The notes under the pieces: generated by a model | The model's input: the letters and a program-made list of their open reading frames with translations, nothing else | Databases searched by the model: none | What the model was told of the DNA's origin: nothing | Position numbers and translations under genes: made by a program | Assembly (NCBI GenBank): GCA_002011475.1 | Contig: MTNP01000008.1 | Location: 74,980-138,979, forward strand | Length of the DNA stretch: 64,000 bases | From: Dehalococcoides sp. JdFR-54 | GTDB taxonomy: Bacteria > Chloroflexota > Dehalococcoidia > JdFR-54 | Reading direction: 5' to 3' | Shown here: piece after piece, positions 53,147 to 62,739 of the stretch | Numbering within the stretch: the stretch's first letter is position 1 | Layout: each line of letters starts with the position of its first letter

Positions 53147-53869
53147 CTAGAAGAGGTTCATCACCGCATCCAGGCGGGCCGGCGTCGTCCTCTGGATGGT
53201 GAGCACAGCCCCCTTGGGAGCCTTCACCTCCACGGTGAACTGCTCGTTCTTGCCGAGGAGTTTGGTGGCATCGTCCATAAAGGGGTCGGTGGCACCGGTG
53301 CCCAGCTTGTATAGGGTGCCGTCATAATTGACCAGCCACACCGTTATCTCGGCCTTCTCCCCGGCCTCCAGCAGGTAGTCACCGCTGGTCTTGCCCACAA
53401 ACTCCACCGTCCATGCCATGTCATTCAGAAATTGCACCTGGTCGCTGTAGGAGAGCACCGTGACATAGTCCAGCCCGCTGGCGGATATGCCTGTTCCAGC
53501 GCTATAGGTGTAAGGGGGTGTCAGGTCCACCGGTTCCCCGGCCACGGCGTTGGAGACCACGAAGGATATCTTGGTCACAGCCGTGCCCGCTGAGGCGACC
53601 ACAGTGGTGCCGCCGGAGTCATACACATCCACATTGTCATATGCCAGGGTGCTGCCCCGGGGCTCCATGGAGCTCCTGGCCTCCTGGAGGCCAGCATATA
53701 CCGCTTCCTTGCCCCGCTCCGCGGAGAAGATACCGGCAGACAGGACGGTGTAGGCGAACACCGAGGCCACCACCACGAAAGCGATGAGGATGATGGCCGT
53801 CTCCAGGCCGGTAATACCCCTCTCGTCCCTGCAAATCTTGCCCAGGCCTCTTTTCAATGTCTTGATCAT
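53147..53869 (-). CDS. flaB: archaellin ArlB2 (FlaB)
   Basis: Class III signal peptide ..RDERG|ITGLETAIILIAFVVVASVFAY; DYLLEAGEKAEI, FTVEVKAPKGAVLTIQRTTP. Confidence 0.93.
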   Translation of the reverse strand: MIKTLKRGLGKICRDERGITGLETAIILIAFVVVASVFAYTVLSAGIFSAERGKEAVYAGLQEARSSMEPRGSTLAYDNVDVYDSGGTTVVASAGTAVTKISFVVSNAVAGEPVDLTPPYTYSAGTGISASGLDYVTVLSYSDQVQFLNDMAWTVEFVGKTSGDYLLEAGEKAEITVWLVNYDGTLYKLGTGATDPFMDDATKLLGKNEQFTVEVKAPKGAVLTIQRTTPARLDAVMNLF

Positions 53870-53902
53870 TTTTCTCCTCCTTTCTTTGAAGTTTCGTCCC
53901 CA

Positions 53903-55024
53903 TCACTGAAGGTTCATGATGGTATCGATCTGGGGGGGCGTAGTCCTCTGTAGGGAGAGGCTGCTGCCATGGGGCGGCTTCACCTCCAGGGTAAACTGTT
54001 TATCGATCCTGAGCAGGGTGGTGAGGGCCTTCAAGGGCACGGTGATCTGCATCTTTTCCCCGGTCTCCAGCAGGTTGTCGCCATCCCCGGTGCCTATTTC
54101 CGCCTTTGACCAGGCTATATCGCTGATCTGCTGATCCTTGTCGCTATAGGAGATCACCGTGACATGGGTGCTGCCGGAGTCAGCTAGGCCGTCGCCATCG
54201 GCATCCGTAGGCGCTGTCAGGTCTATGGCCAGCCCGCCCACCGCATTGGCCACGGTGAAAATCAGCTCATGGACCTCGCCACCCGTGGGAGGGTCGCCCT
54301 CGATGCTATCCAGGTTGACCACTATGGTCGTGCTTGCTGGCAGACCGCCACCGGTGTTCAGGCCAATGGAGAGGATGGCACTATCCTGGGAGGGATTGGC
54401 CAAGGTGAGGCTGACCCTGGTCCAGGTACCGGCGGTCAGGGTGCCGATGTCGATGGTCTCCAGGGGGCTGGCACAGGCAGCGGTATCGTCAAGCACTAGC
54501 TGGAGCTGGTTGGCGACGGTCAGGTCGGTGTCCGACTTGACCCAGAGCTTGACCTCGGTCTGGCTGCTCAAATCCATAGCCGAGGCCAGGTCATGATAAG
54601 CGAGTAGGCCGCTACCTGGAGCCACGCCGGTGACAATGGTCAGCTCGACGCTGGCAGTGCCCTCCTTCCTATCATCGGTATCCCTCGCCGGAGTGACGCT
54701 GATTATATCGGTGGGGAGTGTGGCAGCCGCCTCCCAGGCCACCGGGTCGTCATCGGCATCGTCGATCATTTTGATCCCGGTAGCGATAACGCTCCCCTTT
54801 GGCTCCAGGGTGCCCCTGGCCTCCTTGAGGCCGGCATACACCGCCTCCTTGCCCCGCTCCGAGGAGAAGATACCAGCGGACAGGACGGTGTAAGCGAACA
54901 CCGAGGCCACCACCACGAAGGCGATGAGGATGATGGCCGTCTCCAGGCCGGTAATGCCCATCTCGTCCCTCACTATCCTGGCCGCCAGCCTCTTGATCTT
55001 CGATAACGCTCGCAGCTTACTCAT
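53903..55024 (-). CDS. flaB: archaellin ArlB1 (FlaB) with large inserted domain
   Basis: ..RDEMG|ITGLETAIILIAFVVVASVFAY; DNLLETGEK, FTLEVKPPHG..LQRTTP; ~150 bp nearly identical to arlB2 (54818-54970 vs 53678-53830). Confidence 0.93.
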   Translation of the reverse strand: MSKLRALSKIKRLAARIVRDEMGITGLETAIILIAFVVVASVFAYTVLSAGIFSSERGKEAVYAGLKEARGTLEPKGSVIATGIKMIDDADDDPVAWEAAATLPTDIISVTPARDTDDRKEGTASVELTIVTGVAPGSGLLAYHDLASAMDLSSQTEVKLWVKSDTDLTVANQLQLVLDDTAACASPLETIDIGTLTAGTWTRVSLTLANPSQDSAILSIGLNTGGGLPASTTIVVNLDSIEGDPPTGGEVHELIFTVANAVGGLAIDLTAPTDADGDGLADSGSTHVTVISYSDKDQQISDIAWSKAEIGTGDGDNLLETGEKMQITVPLKALTTLLRIDKQFTLEVKPPHGSSLSLQRTTPPQIDTIMNLQ

Positions 55025-55279
55025 CTGTCCTCCTTTCCAGGCACACTTCGCGCGCCTTCCTGACTATGACCTTCGTCGGGTGCTTTCAACCATCACATCC
55101 CTCACCTCCTCGGGCACTTAGCCACCTGGCACTCCCACCGCTCGCATTGTGAGATATATGCCCTTGCCAACTTTGGTTCCAACCCAATTGTAAGCTAGGG
55201 GCGTTTCTTGCTGTCTATGGTACCTTCGTAACAAGTGGGGCAGACCTTTGTCCCATGGGGGCGATTGTGCCAGGCATAA

Positions 55280-55312
55280 AGATAGGCGGGCATTTGTTAT
55301 GCCCGCCTATCT
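55280..55312. terminator. hairpin downstream of the ABC transporter operon
   Basis: AGATAGGCGGGCAT-TTGTT-ATGCCCGCCTATCT, followed by TTAT on the minus strand. Confidence 0.75.
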
Positions 55313-55334
55313 CGGGGGTCTTACTGGGACACCC

Positions 55335-56306
55335 TTAGCAGTAGAGATGGCATGCGGCGTAATGGCTCTCCATCACCTCTATCAGGGGGGGTTCTATAAC
55401 GTCACACTTACCCCGGATGAAGAGGGGACAGCGGGGATGCAGGCGGCAACCGGGGGGCACCCTGGTCGGGCTAGCTGGCTCTCCCGGGATAACCCGTCGT
55501 TCTCTGAACCTGTTAGCGGGGTCGGGGGAGGGGACAGCCTCGATCAAGGCCATGGTGTAAGGGTGACGGGGCTTCTCGATCAGCTCCTTGGTAGGGGCTG
55601 TCTCCACAATTCTCCCCAGATACATCACCGCTATCCTGTGGGAGAAATGCCGGGCGGTAGCGATGTCATGAGTGATATAGAGGAAGCTCATCCCGTGCCT
55701 GTCCTGGAGTTCCCTGAGCAGGTAAAGGATTTCGGCCCGGCTGGAGGCATCGATCATGGAAACAGGCTCATCGGCCACCACATAATCGGGGCGAAGGATC
55801 AAAGCCCGGGCGATGCCCACCCGCTGTCTTTGTCCCCCCGATAGCCTATCCGGATACTTCGGGGCAAACTCCTGGGGCGGGGTGAGCTTGACCTCTTCCA
55901 AGGCCTCATATATCAGCCGTCTCCTCTCGCGGCTGTTGCCTAGCCCGTGGATAAACAGGGGCTCTTCCAATATCTGGTAAATATTCATAAAGGGGTCGAT
56001 GCTGGAAAAGGGGTCTTGGAATATGCCCTGGGCCCTCTTCCGGAACCGTTTCAGTTCGGCATCATTGGCTGCGGTGATGTCTTCCCCGTCAAAGATAACG
56101 CGACCAGCGGAAGGCCTTATCAGCCTCAGGGATACCCTTCCTAAGGTGCTCTTTCCACTCCCCGACTCCCCCACCACAGCCAGGGTCTCCGCCCGCTTCA
56201 CCTCGAGGGAGACACCGTCCACAGCTTTTACCGCCAGCGAGCCAAAGAACCTGCTTCTGACCTGGAAATACATCTTCACCCCCTCCAGCATCAGCAGGTG
56301 GTTCAT
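55335..56306 (-). CDS. oppF: oligopeptide ABC transporter ATP-binding protein (OppF-like)
   Basis: GESGSGKS, LSGGQRQR, ADEPVSMID, CRLHPRCP. Confidence 0.92.
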   Translation of the reverse strand: MNHLLMLEGVKMYFQVRSRFFGSLAVKAVDGVSLEVKRAETLAVVGESGSGKSTLGRVSLRLIRPSAGRVIFDGEDITAANDAELKRFRKRAQGIFQDPFSSIDPFMNIYQILEEPLFIHGLGNSRERRRLIYEALEEVKLTPPQEFAPKYPDRLSGGQRQRVGIARALILRPDYVVADEPVSMIDASSRAEILYLLRELQDRHGMSFLYITHDIATARHFSHRIAVMYLGRIVETAPTKELIEKPRHPYTMALIEAVPSPDPANRFRERRVIPGEPASPTRVPPGCRLHPRCPLFIRGKCDVIEPPLIEVMESHYAACHLYC

Positions 56307-57265
56307 GGCCGCCCCCTCCAAAGCCAACAACGAACCTGGTGCCTCGGGTTCGGCCTGAAGGGAAGGGGGCGCTCCCGGCGGCAGCGCTCAAAGGCATGAG
56401 GACACCGGGGGTGGAAACGACACCCCTGGGGGAGGTGGGTCATATCGGGGGGTGCCCCTGGGATAAACTCGGGTATAGCCTCCGACTTCAGCCTGGGGAC
56501 GGTGGCCAGGAGTTTTTGAGTATAAGGGTGTCCCGGCTCGGTGAGCACCTCCTCAACGCCGCCCTGCTCTATAATCTCCCCGGCATACATGACAGCGATG
56601 GCGTCGCAGAGGTCGCTGGCCAGGGCGAGGTCATGGGTGATGAACAGGATGGATAACCCCAGCTCCCCCTTAAGCCTCTTCAATACATTCATTATCTGGG
56701 CCTGAATGATCACATCCAAGGCAGAGGTGGGCTCATCCAGGATGACCAGCTTGGGGCTGAGGATTAGCGCCATAGCTATCATTATCCTCTGCCTCATCCC
56801 CCCGCTGAGCTCGTGGGGGTAACGCTGGAAAACCTCTGGCGGCAAGAGCAATAGCTCCAGCTGGCGTTGGACGGCGGCATAGGCTTGCTCACGGCTCACC
56901 CCGGGCTGGAGGAGTAACGGCTCAGCCACCTGATGCCCCACCCTCATCACCGGGTTGAGGGAATCCATGGCTCCCTGGAAAACCATGGCAATCCTTTGCC
57001 ACCTGATTCGCTTTCTGAACTCCTCATCGCTGAGCTTCGAGCAATCGACCCCTTCAAACTCTATAATCCCATCATAGAGGGCGATATTCCGGGGCAGGGT
57101 GCGCATCAGGGCGAGGGCAAGGCTGCTCTTGCCCGCCCCTGACTCCCCCACCACCCCCAGCGCTTCCCCCCCTTCCATAATCAAAGATACCTCGTCCACC
57201 GCGGGCAGTACTCCGCCCACGGTGGCATAGTAAAGGCGCAGGTCGCTGACCCGGAGCAGAGCCAT
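56303..57265 (-). CDS. oppD: oligopeptide ABC transporter ATP-binding protein (OppD-like)
   Basis: GESGAGKS, YPHELSGGMRQR, LDEPTSALD, CRFHPRCP. Confidence 0.92.
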   Translation of the reverse strand: MALLRVSDLRLYYATVGGVLPAVDEVSLIMEGGEALGVVGESGAGKSSLALALMRTLPRNIALYDGIIEFEGVDCSKLSDEEFRKRIRWQRIAMVFQGAMDSLNPVMRVGHQVAEPLLLQPGVSREQAYAAVQRQLELLLLPPEVFQRYPHELSGGMRQRIMIAMALILSPKLVILDEPTSALDVIIQAQIMNVLKRLKGELGLSILFITHDLALASDLCDAIAVMYAGEIIEQGGVEEVLTEPGHPYTQKLLATVPRLKSEAIPEFIPGAPPDMTHLPQGCRFHPRCPHAFERCRRERPLPFRPNPRHQVRCWLWRGRP

Positions 57266-57269
57266 TATT

Positions 57270-58694
57270 TCATGACCTCAGTCGGGGATTAACCACGGGC
57301 TCCATCCCCAGGGTTAGAAGCACGAAGGTCATGGCTGTAAGCACGATCAGCAATCCTGGGGGCAGCACCCACCACCAGTACCCGGCATAAACGGCGCCGG
57401 TCCTGAAGCCAAACTCCAGGATTTGTCCCCAGGTGGGGATAGAGGGGTCCCCCAGGCCCAAGAAGCTCAGGCCAGCTTCGGCCAGGATGGCCGCCGGGGT
57501 GAAGAAGATCATCTGGGCCAGGACGAAGGGGGCTATTTGGAAAAATATGTGCCGGAGCATGATGCGCCACGGGGAGGCCCCCAGGGCTCTGGTGGCTTCC
57601 ACCAATTGACCGGAGCGCAGTTGCAACACCATAGACCGGATCAGAATGGTCAGACCGGGCCAGCCAAAAGCGGCCAAGATCAGAATCACCAACATCAGCT
57701 TCTGCCCCAGGACGAATATCAGGAAGATCAGAATGGGCAGCAAAGGGATATTGCCCAGCACATCGCAGAAACGCTGGATGAAGATGTCCGTCTTGCCCCC
57801 CTGGTAGCCACTGAGGATGCCCATGAGCGTCCCCATGGTGGTGGCCAGGAGCGCCGTAACCAGCCCGATAAACAGGGCTATGGGGAACCCGAAGAGCAGA
57901 CCCACAGCCAGATCCCGCCCCAGGGTATCGGTGCCCATCAGCCCATAGACCGAGCCCCCCAGCACAAACACGACCTCGCTTATGGAATCCTGGGGATGAT
58001 ACACCTTGACCGCGACCGTTATGGTATAATCCCCGGGAAGCACCCTGAAGCCCTGCCCGTCCCCCCCTGGAATGCCGAAAGCGATCTCGTCCACCATGCC
58101 CCGGAGCTGAGAGAGGGGCAGCTCCATTTCAAACTCCCGGCCTAGGAAGTCGGCAATGTTCCAGAGCACCGTGTCGTCGCCACTGAGGTAGACCCGCAGC
58201 GGGGCTTCCACATACCTGGATACGGGCGGGCTTTCGCCCGGGTCCGGACCGCGCACCGCGTGCCGATAGAGGAGCATTTCCCTGCCATCGGGCCTGGCCA
58301 GGGAAAGGGTGATCAGGGGCGGCCTGGAATAATAGGTGAGATGGCGCAGGCTGAAAGAGGTAAAGGCCGGGGATTCCTCAAACCTGTAGTCCAGGTCGAA
58401 GGTGTAAAGCCGGGTCTCCACCCCGGCCCCGGGGATGACCGCCGCTGGCTCGGTGGCCCTGAAGGTGGTGTGTTCCACCCTTCTCAGATGGGTGAAGGTG
58501 TTTGACCAGGCCGGGGGGGCGTTCCTGGGGTTGTCTGCCCATATCGCCGGGTTATTCCAGAAACGGAGGCCGAAGTCCAGGGGGTAAGCCACGATAGCAT
58601 ATAGGGAAACCGCCGCCAGGGCCAGGAAAAAGATGATGCCGGCTTTCCCTGGGCCGCTGGAGAGCAACACCCTTATGGCCTCTTGGGGTCTCAT
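57270..58694 (-). CDS. peptide ABC transporter permease (OppC-like) with large extracellular insert
   Basis: W.DNPRNAPPAW, GLMGTDTLGRDL, EAGLSFLGLGDP..PTWG, WWWVLPPG. Confidence 0.88.
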   Translation of the reverse strand: MRPQEAIRVLLSSGPGKAGIIFFLALAAVSLYAIVAYPLDFGLRFWNNPAIWADNPRNAPPAWSNTFTHLRRVEHTTFRATEPAAVIPGAGVETRLYTFDLDYRFEESPAFTSFSLRHLTYYSRPPLITLSLARPDGREMLLYRHAVRGPDPGESPPVSRYVEAPLRVYLSGDDTVLWNIADFLGREFEMELPLSQLRGMVDEIAFGIPGGDGQGFRVLPGDYTITVAVKVYHPQDSISEVVFVLGGSVYGLMGTDTLGRDLAVGLLFGFPIALFIGLVTALLATTMGTLMGILSGYQGGKTDIFIQRFCDVLGNIPLLPILIFLIFVLGQKLMLVILILAAFGWPGLTILIRSMVLQLRSGQLVEATRALGASPWRIMLRHIFFQIAPFVLAQMIFFTPAAILAEAGLSFLGLGDPSIPTWGQILEFGFRTGAVYAGYWWWVLPPGLLIVLTAMTFVLLTLGMEPVVNPRLRS

Positions 58695-58697
58695 TTC

Positions 58698-59747
58698 CTA
58701 CACATACCTTATTCTGGGGTCGAGGATTATATATGACACCTCCAGGATAAACCGGGCGATGATATAGACCAGGGTGAAGATAAAGGTGAGGGCGATGATT
58801 ATGGATTCATCCGCCGCCATAATGGCATCGTAATATAGCCGCCCCATTCCCGGCCAATTGAATACCGTCTCGGTCAGAATAGCCCCACCAATAGACCCGG
58901 CTAAGCCCAGGGTCAGGTTAGTCAGGATGGGTGGGGCAGCTACCCGGAGGATGTAGCGACGCCTCACCAGGGGTTCAGGGAGGCCTTTGGCCCGGGCTAC
59001 GGAGACAAAGGGCTCCTGGGCAGTGTTAAGCACCATGGTGCGCACCACGTAAGTCCAAACCCCGAAGGAGACCAAGACCAGAGTGATGATGGGCAGGGCG
59101 GCGTGCCGTAACAGGTCTAAGAGCCTGGCCATCCCCTCCTGGGGTGGGGGGAGACTATACATCCCGCCCGAGGGGAACAGGGCGAATTTGAAGGAGAAGA
59201 TCAAGATCAGGAATATGCCCACCCACCAGGCGGGGAGGGCGTAGGAACTGGCCAAGAAAAAGGAAACCACCCGGTCCGCCCTGCTCCCGGCTCGAGTAGC
59301 CAGCCTGACCCCGGCAAGCAGCCCTATGACGGCGGTTATGAGCATAGCCGTGGTGACCAGCAGGATGGTGTTGGGCAGCCGCTCCATGACGATGTCGGCC
59401 ACCCTGCTGCTCCCCTTAAAGCTGCGCATTGTCCTGGCTTCCCCCAGATCCAGGGTGAGCACCTGGGATACCGTATTGGGCAGCCTGAAATACCACGGCT
59501 TGTCCAGATGGTAATAGTCGATGAGTTGCTGGTGGCGGGAGTGGAGGACCTGCTCCAGCTGGTCAGGGTCGCGGATGGTCTGGGCCAGGGATTGTCTCAG
59601 GCCCCGCATTTCCTCGCTTATAGTGGCCTGGAGCATCCGATCGGAAAAGCCGGTGGCACCCAGCGTAATTACCACCAGCAGCAGCACGACCAGGAGGACA
59701 CAAAAGAGGGTGAATCCCCTCAGGGCCAGTGTAGTAGCGAGCGACAT
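58698..59747 (-). CDS. peptide ABC transporter permease (OppB-like)
   Basis: ERLPNTILL, ARAKGL, ETVFNWPGMG, LDPRIRY. Confidence 0.9.
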   Translation of the reverse strand: MSLATTLALRGFTLFCVLLVVLLLVVITLGATGFSDRMLQATISEEMRGLRQSLAQTIRDPDQLEQVLHSRHQQLIDYYHLDKPWYFRLPNTVSQVLTLDLGEARTMRSFKGSSRVADIVMERLPNTILLVTTAMLITAVIGLLAGVRLATRAGSRADRVVSFFLASSYALPAWWVGIFLILIFSFKFALFPSGGMYSLPPPQEGMARLLDLLRHAALPIITLVLVSFGVWTYVVRTMVLNTAQEPFVSVARAKGLPEPLVRRRYILRVAAPPILTNLTLGLAGSIGGAILTETVFNWPGMGRLYYDAIMAADESIIIALTFIFTLVYIIARFILEVSYIILDPRIRYV

Positions 59748-59772
59748 CCCTTGCCTACAATCGGGGCGGCGT

Positions 59773-62325
59773 CTAAACCGCTTTTCTGCCCCTTATTCTG
59801 CGCAAGACTAGGAGGCCTATGCTTACTGCCGCCAACACCAAGACCGGGATGAGGATAAAAGGCCAGCGCAGGCCCCCCTCAGGCGCCTCGGGGGTGGGCG
59901 AGGGCGCCGCCGGCGTCGTGGGCGTCGCTTCCGGAAGAAGCGCCCGGACCTCGATATCCGCCCTTCGCTCGGCCAGGGAAGACACCTCATCGCTATGGGC
60001 CACCAGGAACAGGTGATATATTCCCGGCTCGAGCACGGAGGTCTCCTCAGGGGAGAGGGCCACCGAAAAGCGAGTGGCCGACACCGGCTCGGCTTCCCCG
60101 CTCCTCAGCACCTCGCCCTTGACCGGGTCGAAGAGCACATACTTGGCCCCGAGCCTGCCCGGTCCCCGAAGCTCGGCTTCTATCTGGGCGTCCTCCCCCT
60201 TATATATCGGCTCGGCAGCGACCTTGGCGATCTCCACCGCGGCCACCTCCCCAAAGAACCACTGACCTGGTCGGAAGGGATAGGTGGGGTCCCTAAAGGC
60301 TTCCAGCTCGGCGAACTGAGCGGGGGGGTCGAAGCGCACCAGCTGGAAGGGGCCATTGCTGATGACCATTAAGCCATGCCTGTCAAACCAGGAAATGGCT
60401 GCTCGGTATCTCCTGAGCGCCTCCTCCCGGCTTGTCAGCGGCGTCCCATTCAGCGTGAAAGGCGACTCCGGCAAGTAGCCCCTTTCGATGAACTCGGCCA
60501 AGGCCTTCTTCACCAGCCTGGCATCTCGGTCTATGACCAGGCTGAGCCAAGGTACTCGGAACCGTTCCGCCGTAGTATCGGAATAGGCTGCCTGCCGCTT
60601 GACAAACACGAGCTCGTCCATGGCGGCCAGGATCTCCCAGGGCATAGAAAGCGATGCCGGGCTGGCATAGCCCGCTATATAGTCGGGCACAAAATGCCAG
60701 AAGTCCACATACACCTCCAGCCTGGCGTCATCGACCAATCTGAACCCCCGAAACGCCTCCAGAAAGGGCTTGCTGGTGGTGGCCAGGGCGAACTCGATCT
60801 TGGCCTTATCCTCGTTATAAGCCAGGTCGAAGGCTTGATAGATGGAGTAAAGGACATCGGCCATGGTTATGGGTTCGCCGTGGTGCCACCGGGACCCGAA
60901 GTAATCGGAGTAGTCAAAGACGACCCTGCTGGTGGCTTTGGTGCCAGGTTTTACGGGGAGGAACCTGCCCGCATCGGCATCCCAGAGGAAGGCATCGGCC
61001 GGGACATCCAGCTTGCCTTCGGGACCGGCAGTGTCCACCTGGTACTTGACCCGGAAGGGGATGGGGATGCCGGTGAAGGGGTGCCGCCACAGGGGAGGGT
61101 CATGAACATTCTTCCATATATCATTGCTATAGACATCGCCGAAGCCCCCCACCGGGTTCCAGGCGCTCCTCTCGGTCCACACCCACAGGTTTCCGATGGT
61201 CAGTTCTTGTCTTCCGGGGACATGGGCTTCGCGCAAGGTCCATAGCCCTTTGGGTCCGGCGGTGATATCCTCGGTCACCCCTTGGAGTTCCGCCGTGCCC
61301 GGGAAATTATTTATTACAGTGGCAATCCATAGGCGCACTGCCTCTTCCAGGCCCAGCCTCGTGGCTTCCAGGTAGAGCTGGCTCCTTTCCTCCAGGCTTT
61401 GGAAATCGCCCTTGAACAGGCGCTGGCCCAGCTCGTCCAGCTCGGGGTGCTGATACTGCCAGTAACCCACCTCTTGCCAGCCGGGCATATTGCCCAGCCA
61501 GGGGGCGTACATCTGGTTGATCGTGGCAAAGTCATACCGGTCTGGGGCAGCCCTCCCCCACCCCTCGGTATAGAGGTGCCATTGAAAGAGCTGGGGATCG
61601 GTACCATATACGGTGAAAATGGCTGGGGCAAACATGTGATAGATTGGGATGACCAGGAATCCCAATTTTTCCAGCTCCACCCTGATGAGGTCGCCTATCT
61701 CCCTCCTTTCATCCTCCACCCGGATGATAAACCTGAGCTCGACCGGCTTTCCCCCGTAGTGCCAATAACCGTCTTTGAGCACTGCCCCGGCCTGGGTCAT
61801 GGCTTCCTTTACCATTCGCTTGGCCAGTTCGGGTTGGTAAGAGATATTGCATTCCCGCACCAGGGGGTAGATGGTGAGATAGTCGTAGTCAAAGGGGCTC
61901 AGGTGAGCGATCATGGGCACAGCCATGCCCTTGAATATCTCCTGGGCCACGAATTCCCGGTTCAGCACGTAGTTGAGGGCAAACCTGACCTCCCTGATAG
62001 AGAGGGGATTTAGCTGCCCCTCCGGGGCAGGGCTGGGGTTGAGCACCAGGGAGAGGCTGGTGGCGGGGGCCTGATACATATGCACCCCGGGGACGTCCTC
62101 CAGCTCCTTGGCCATAACCGTCTTGAGGCTGTATACGTAGAGGTCCATTTCGCCCTTCTTTAGGGCGGCAGGGGCTATATCTACATGGAAGGCCTTGAAA
62201 TAGATCCTATCTACGGTCGGTCCCGGCCTGGAGTGGGGCGGCTCATACTGGGCTAAGGCCGGGCCCGAGCCAGCCAGGATCGCCCCCAGCACCAGCAAGA
62301 TTAGATATCGGCGGACACCCCTCAT
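59773..62325 (-). CDS. large family-5 ABC substrate-binding protein with C-terminal Pro/Thr linker and membrane anchor
   Basis: Signal peptide ..PALA|Q, NPLSIREVRFALN, WHHGEPITMADV, ISNGPF; PTTPAAPSPTP + TM + RRIRGRK tail. Confidence 0.85.
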   Translation of the reverse strand: MRGVRRYLILLVLGAILAGSGPALAQYEPPHSRPGPTVDRIYFKAFHVDIAPAALKKGEMDLYVYSLKTVMAKELEDVPGVHMYQAPATSLSLVLNPSPAPEGQLNPLSIREVRFALNYVLNREFVAQEIFKGMAVPMIAHLSPFDYDYLTIYPLVRECNISYQPELAKRMVKEAMTQAGAVLKDGYWHYGGKPVELRFIIRVEDERREIGDLIRVELEKLGFLVIPIYHMFAPAIFTVYGTDPQLFQWHLYTEGWGRAAPDRYDFATINQMYAPWLGNMPGWQEVGYWQYQHPELDELGQRLFKGDFQSLEERSQLYLEATRLGLEEAVRLWIATVINNFPGTAELQGVTEDITAGPKGLWTLREAHVPGRQELTIGNLWVWTERSAWNPVGGFGDVYSNDIWKNVHDPPLWRHPFTGIPIPFRVKYQVDTAGPEGKLDVPADAFLWDADAGRFLPVKPGTKATSRVVFDYSDYFGSRWHHGEPITMADVLYSIYQAFDLAYNEDKAKIEFALATTSKPFLEAFRGFRLVDDARLEVYVDFWHFVPDYIAGYASPASLSMPWEILAAMDELVFVKRQAAYSDTTAERFRVPWLSLVIDRDARLVKKALAEFIERGYLPESPFTLNGTPLTSREEALRRYRAAISWFDRHGLMVISNGPFQLVRFDPPAQFAELEAFRDPTYPFRPGQWFFGEVAAVEIAKVAAEPIYKGEDAQIEAELRGPGRLGAKYVLFDPVKGEVLRSGEAEPVSATRFSVALSPEETSVLEPGIYHLFLVAHSDEVSSLAERRADIEVRALLPEATPTTPAAPSPTPEAPEGGLRWPFILIPVLVLAAVSIGLLVLRRIRGRKAV

Positions 62326-62371
62326 AGAAAATCTTCTCCCCTGGGTTCCGTTCGATCCTGCTTGATTAGCC

Positions 62372-62644
62372 TCATAGATCTATACTCGAGTTTCTTTTTC
62401 CCTTCTTCTTTCCAGCTCTGCTTTTTATCCCGATCCTTGGTGAGTATAAGATAACGAGCGTAAAATCTATAACAAACAGACATGTTGCTATCAACAGGGA
62501 AATAAAGGCACTAACCCAAAGAGCAATAGCGGCCTCAGACAATTTGTGATAAAATGCCGTTAAACCCCCTAGAACTAGAGTGCCTGCAACATACAGGAAC
62601 GCTGGTCCCCAATGTCCTAAGAATGTCGCCATTCCATATCTCAT
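62372..62644 (-). CDS. small hypothetical membrane protein (AT-rich)
   Basis: 90 aa, two hydrophobic segments and a basic tail; lower GC than its neighbours. Confidence 0.4.
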   Translation of the reverse strand: MRYGMATFLGHWGPAFLYVAGTLVLGGLTAFYHKLSEAAIALWVSAFISLLIATCLFVIDFTLVILYSPRIGIKSRAGKKKGKRNSSIDL

Positions 62645-62739
62645 GCGCCTAACACCAAAATGTCCTAACCAGGCAGGAACTTAACCCCCCAGCCGGGACT
62701 GACTCCCAAGGCTAAGGGAAAATATAAACCGCTTTGGCC

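Noticed and set aside
55166-55182. Sigma54-like promoter TGGAAC-N5-TTGG upstream of arlB1
   Set aside because: The -12 element is TTGG rather than TTGC and no activator gene is nearby; insufficient support
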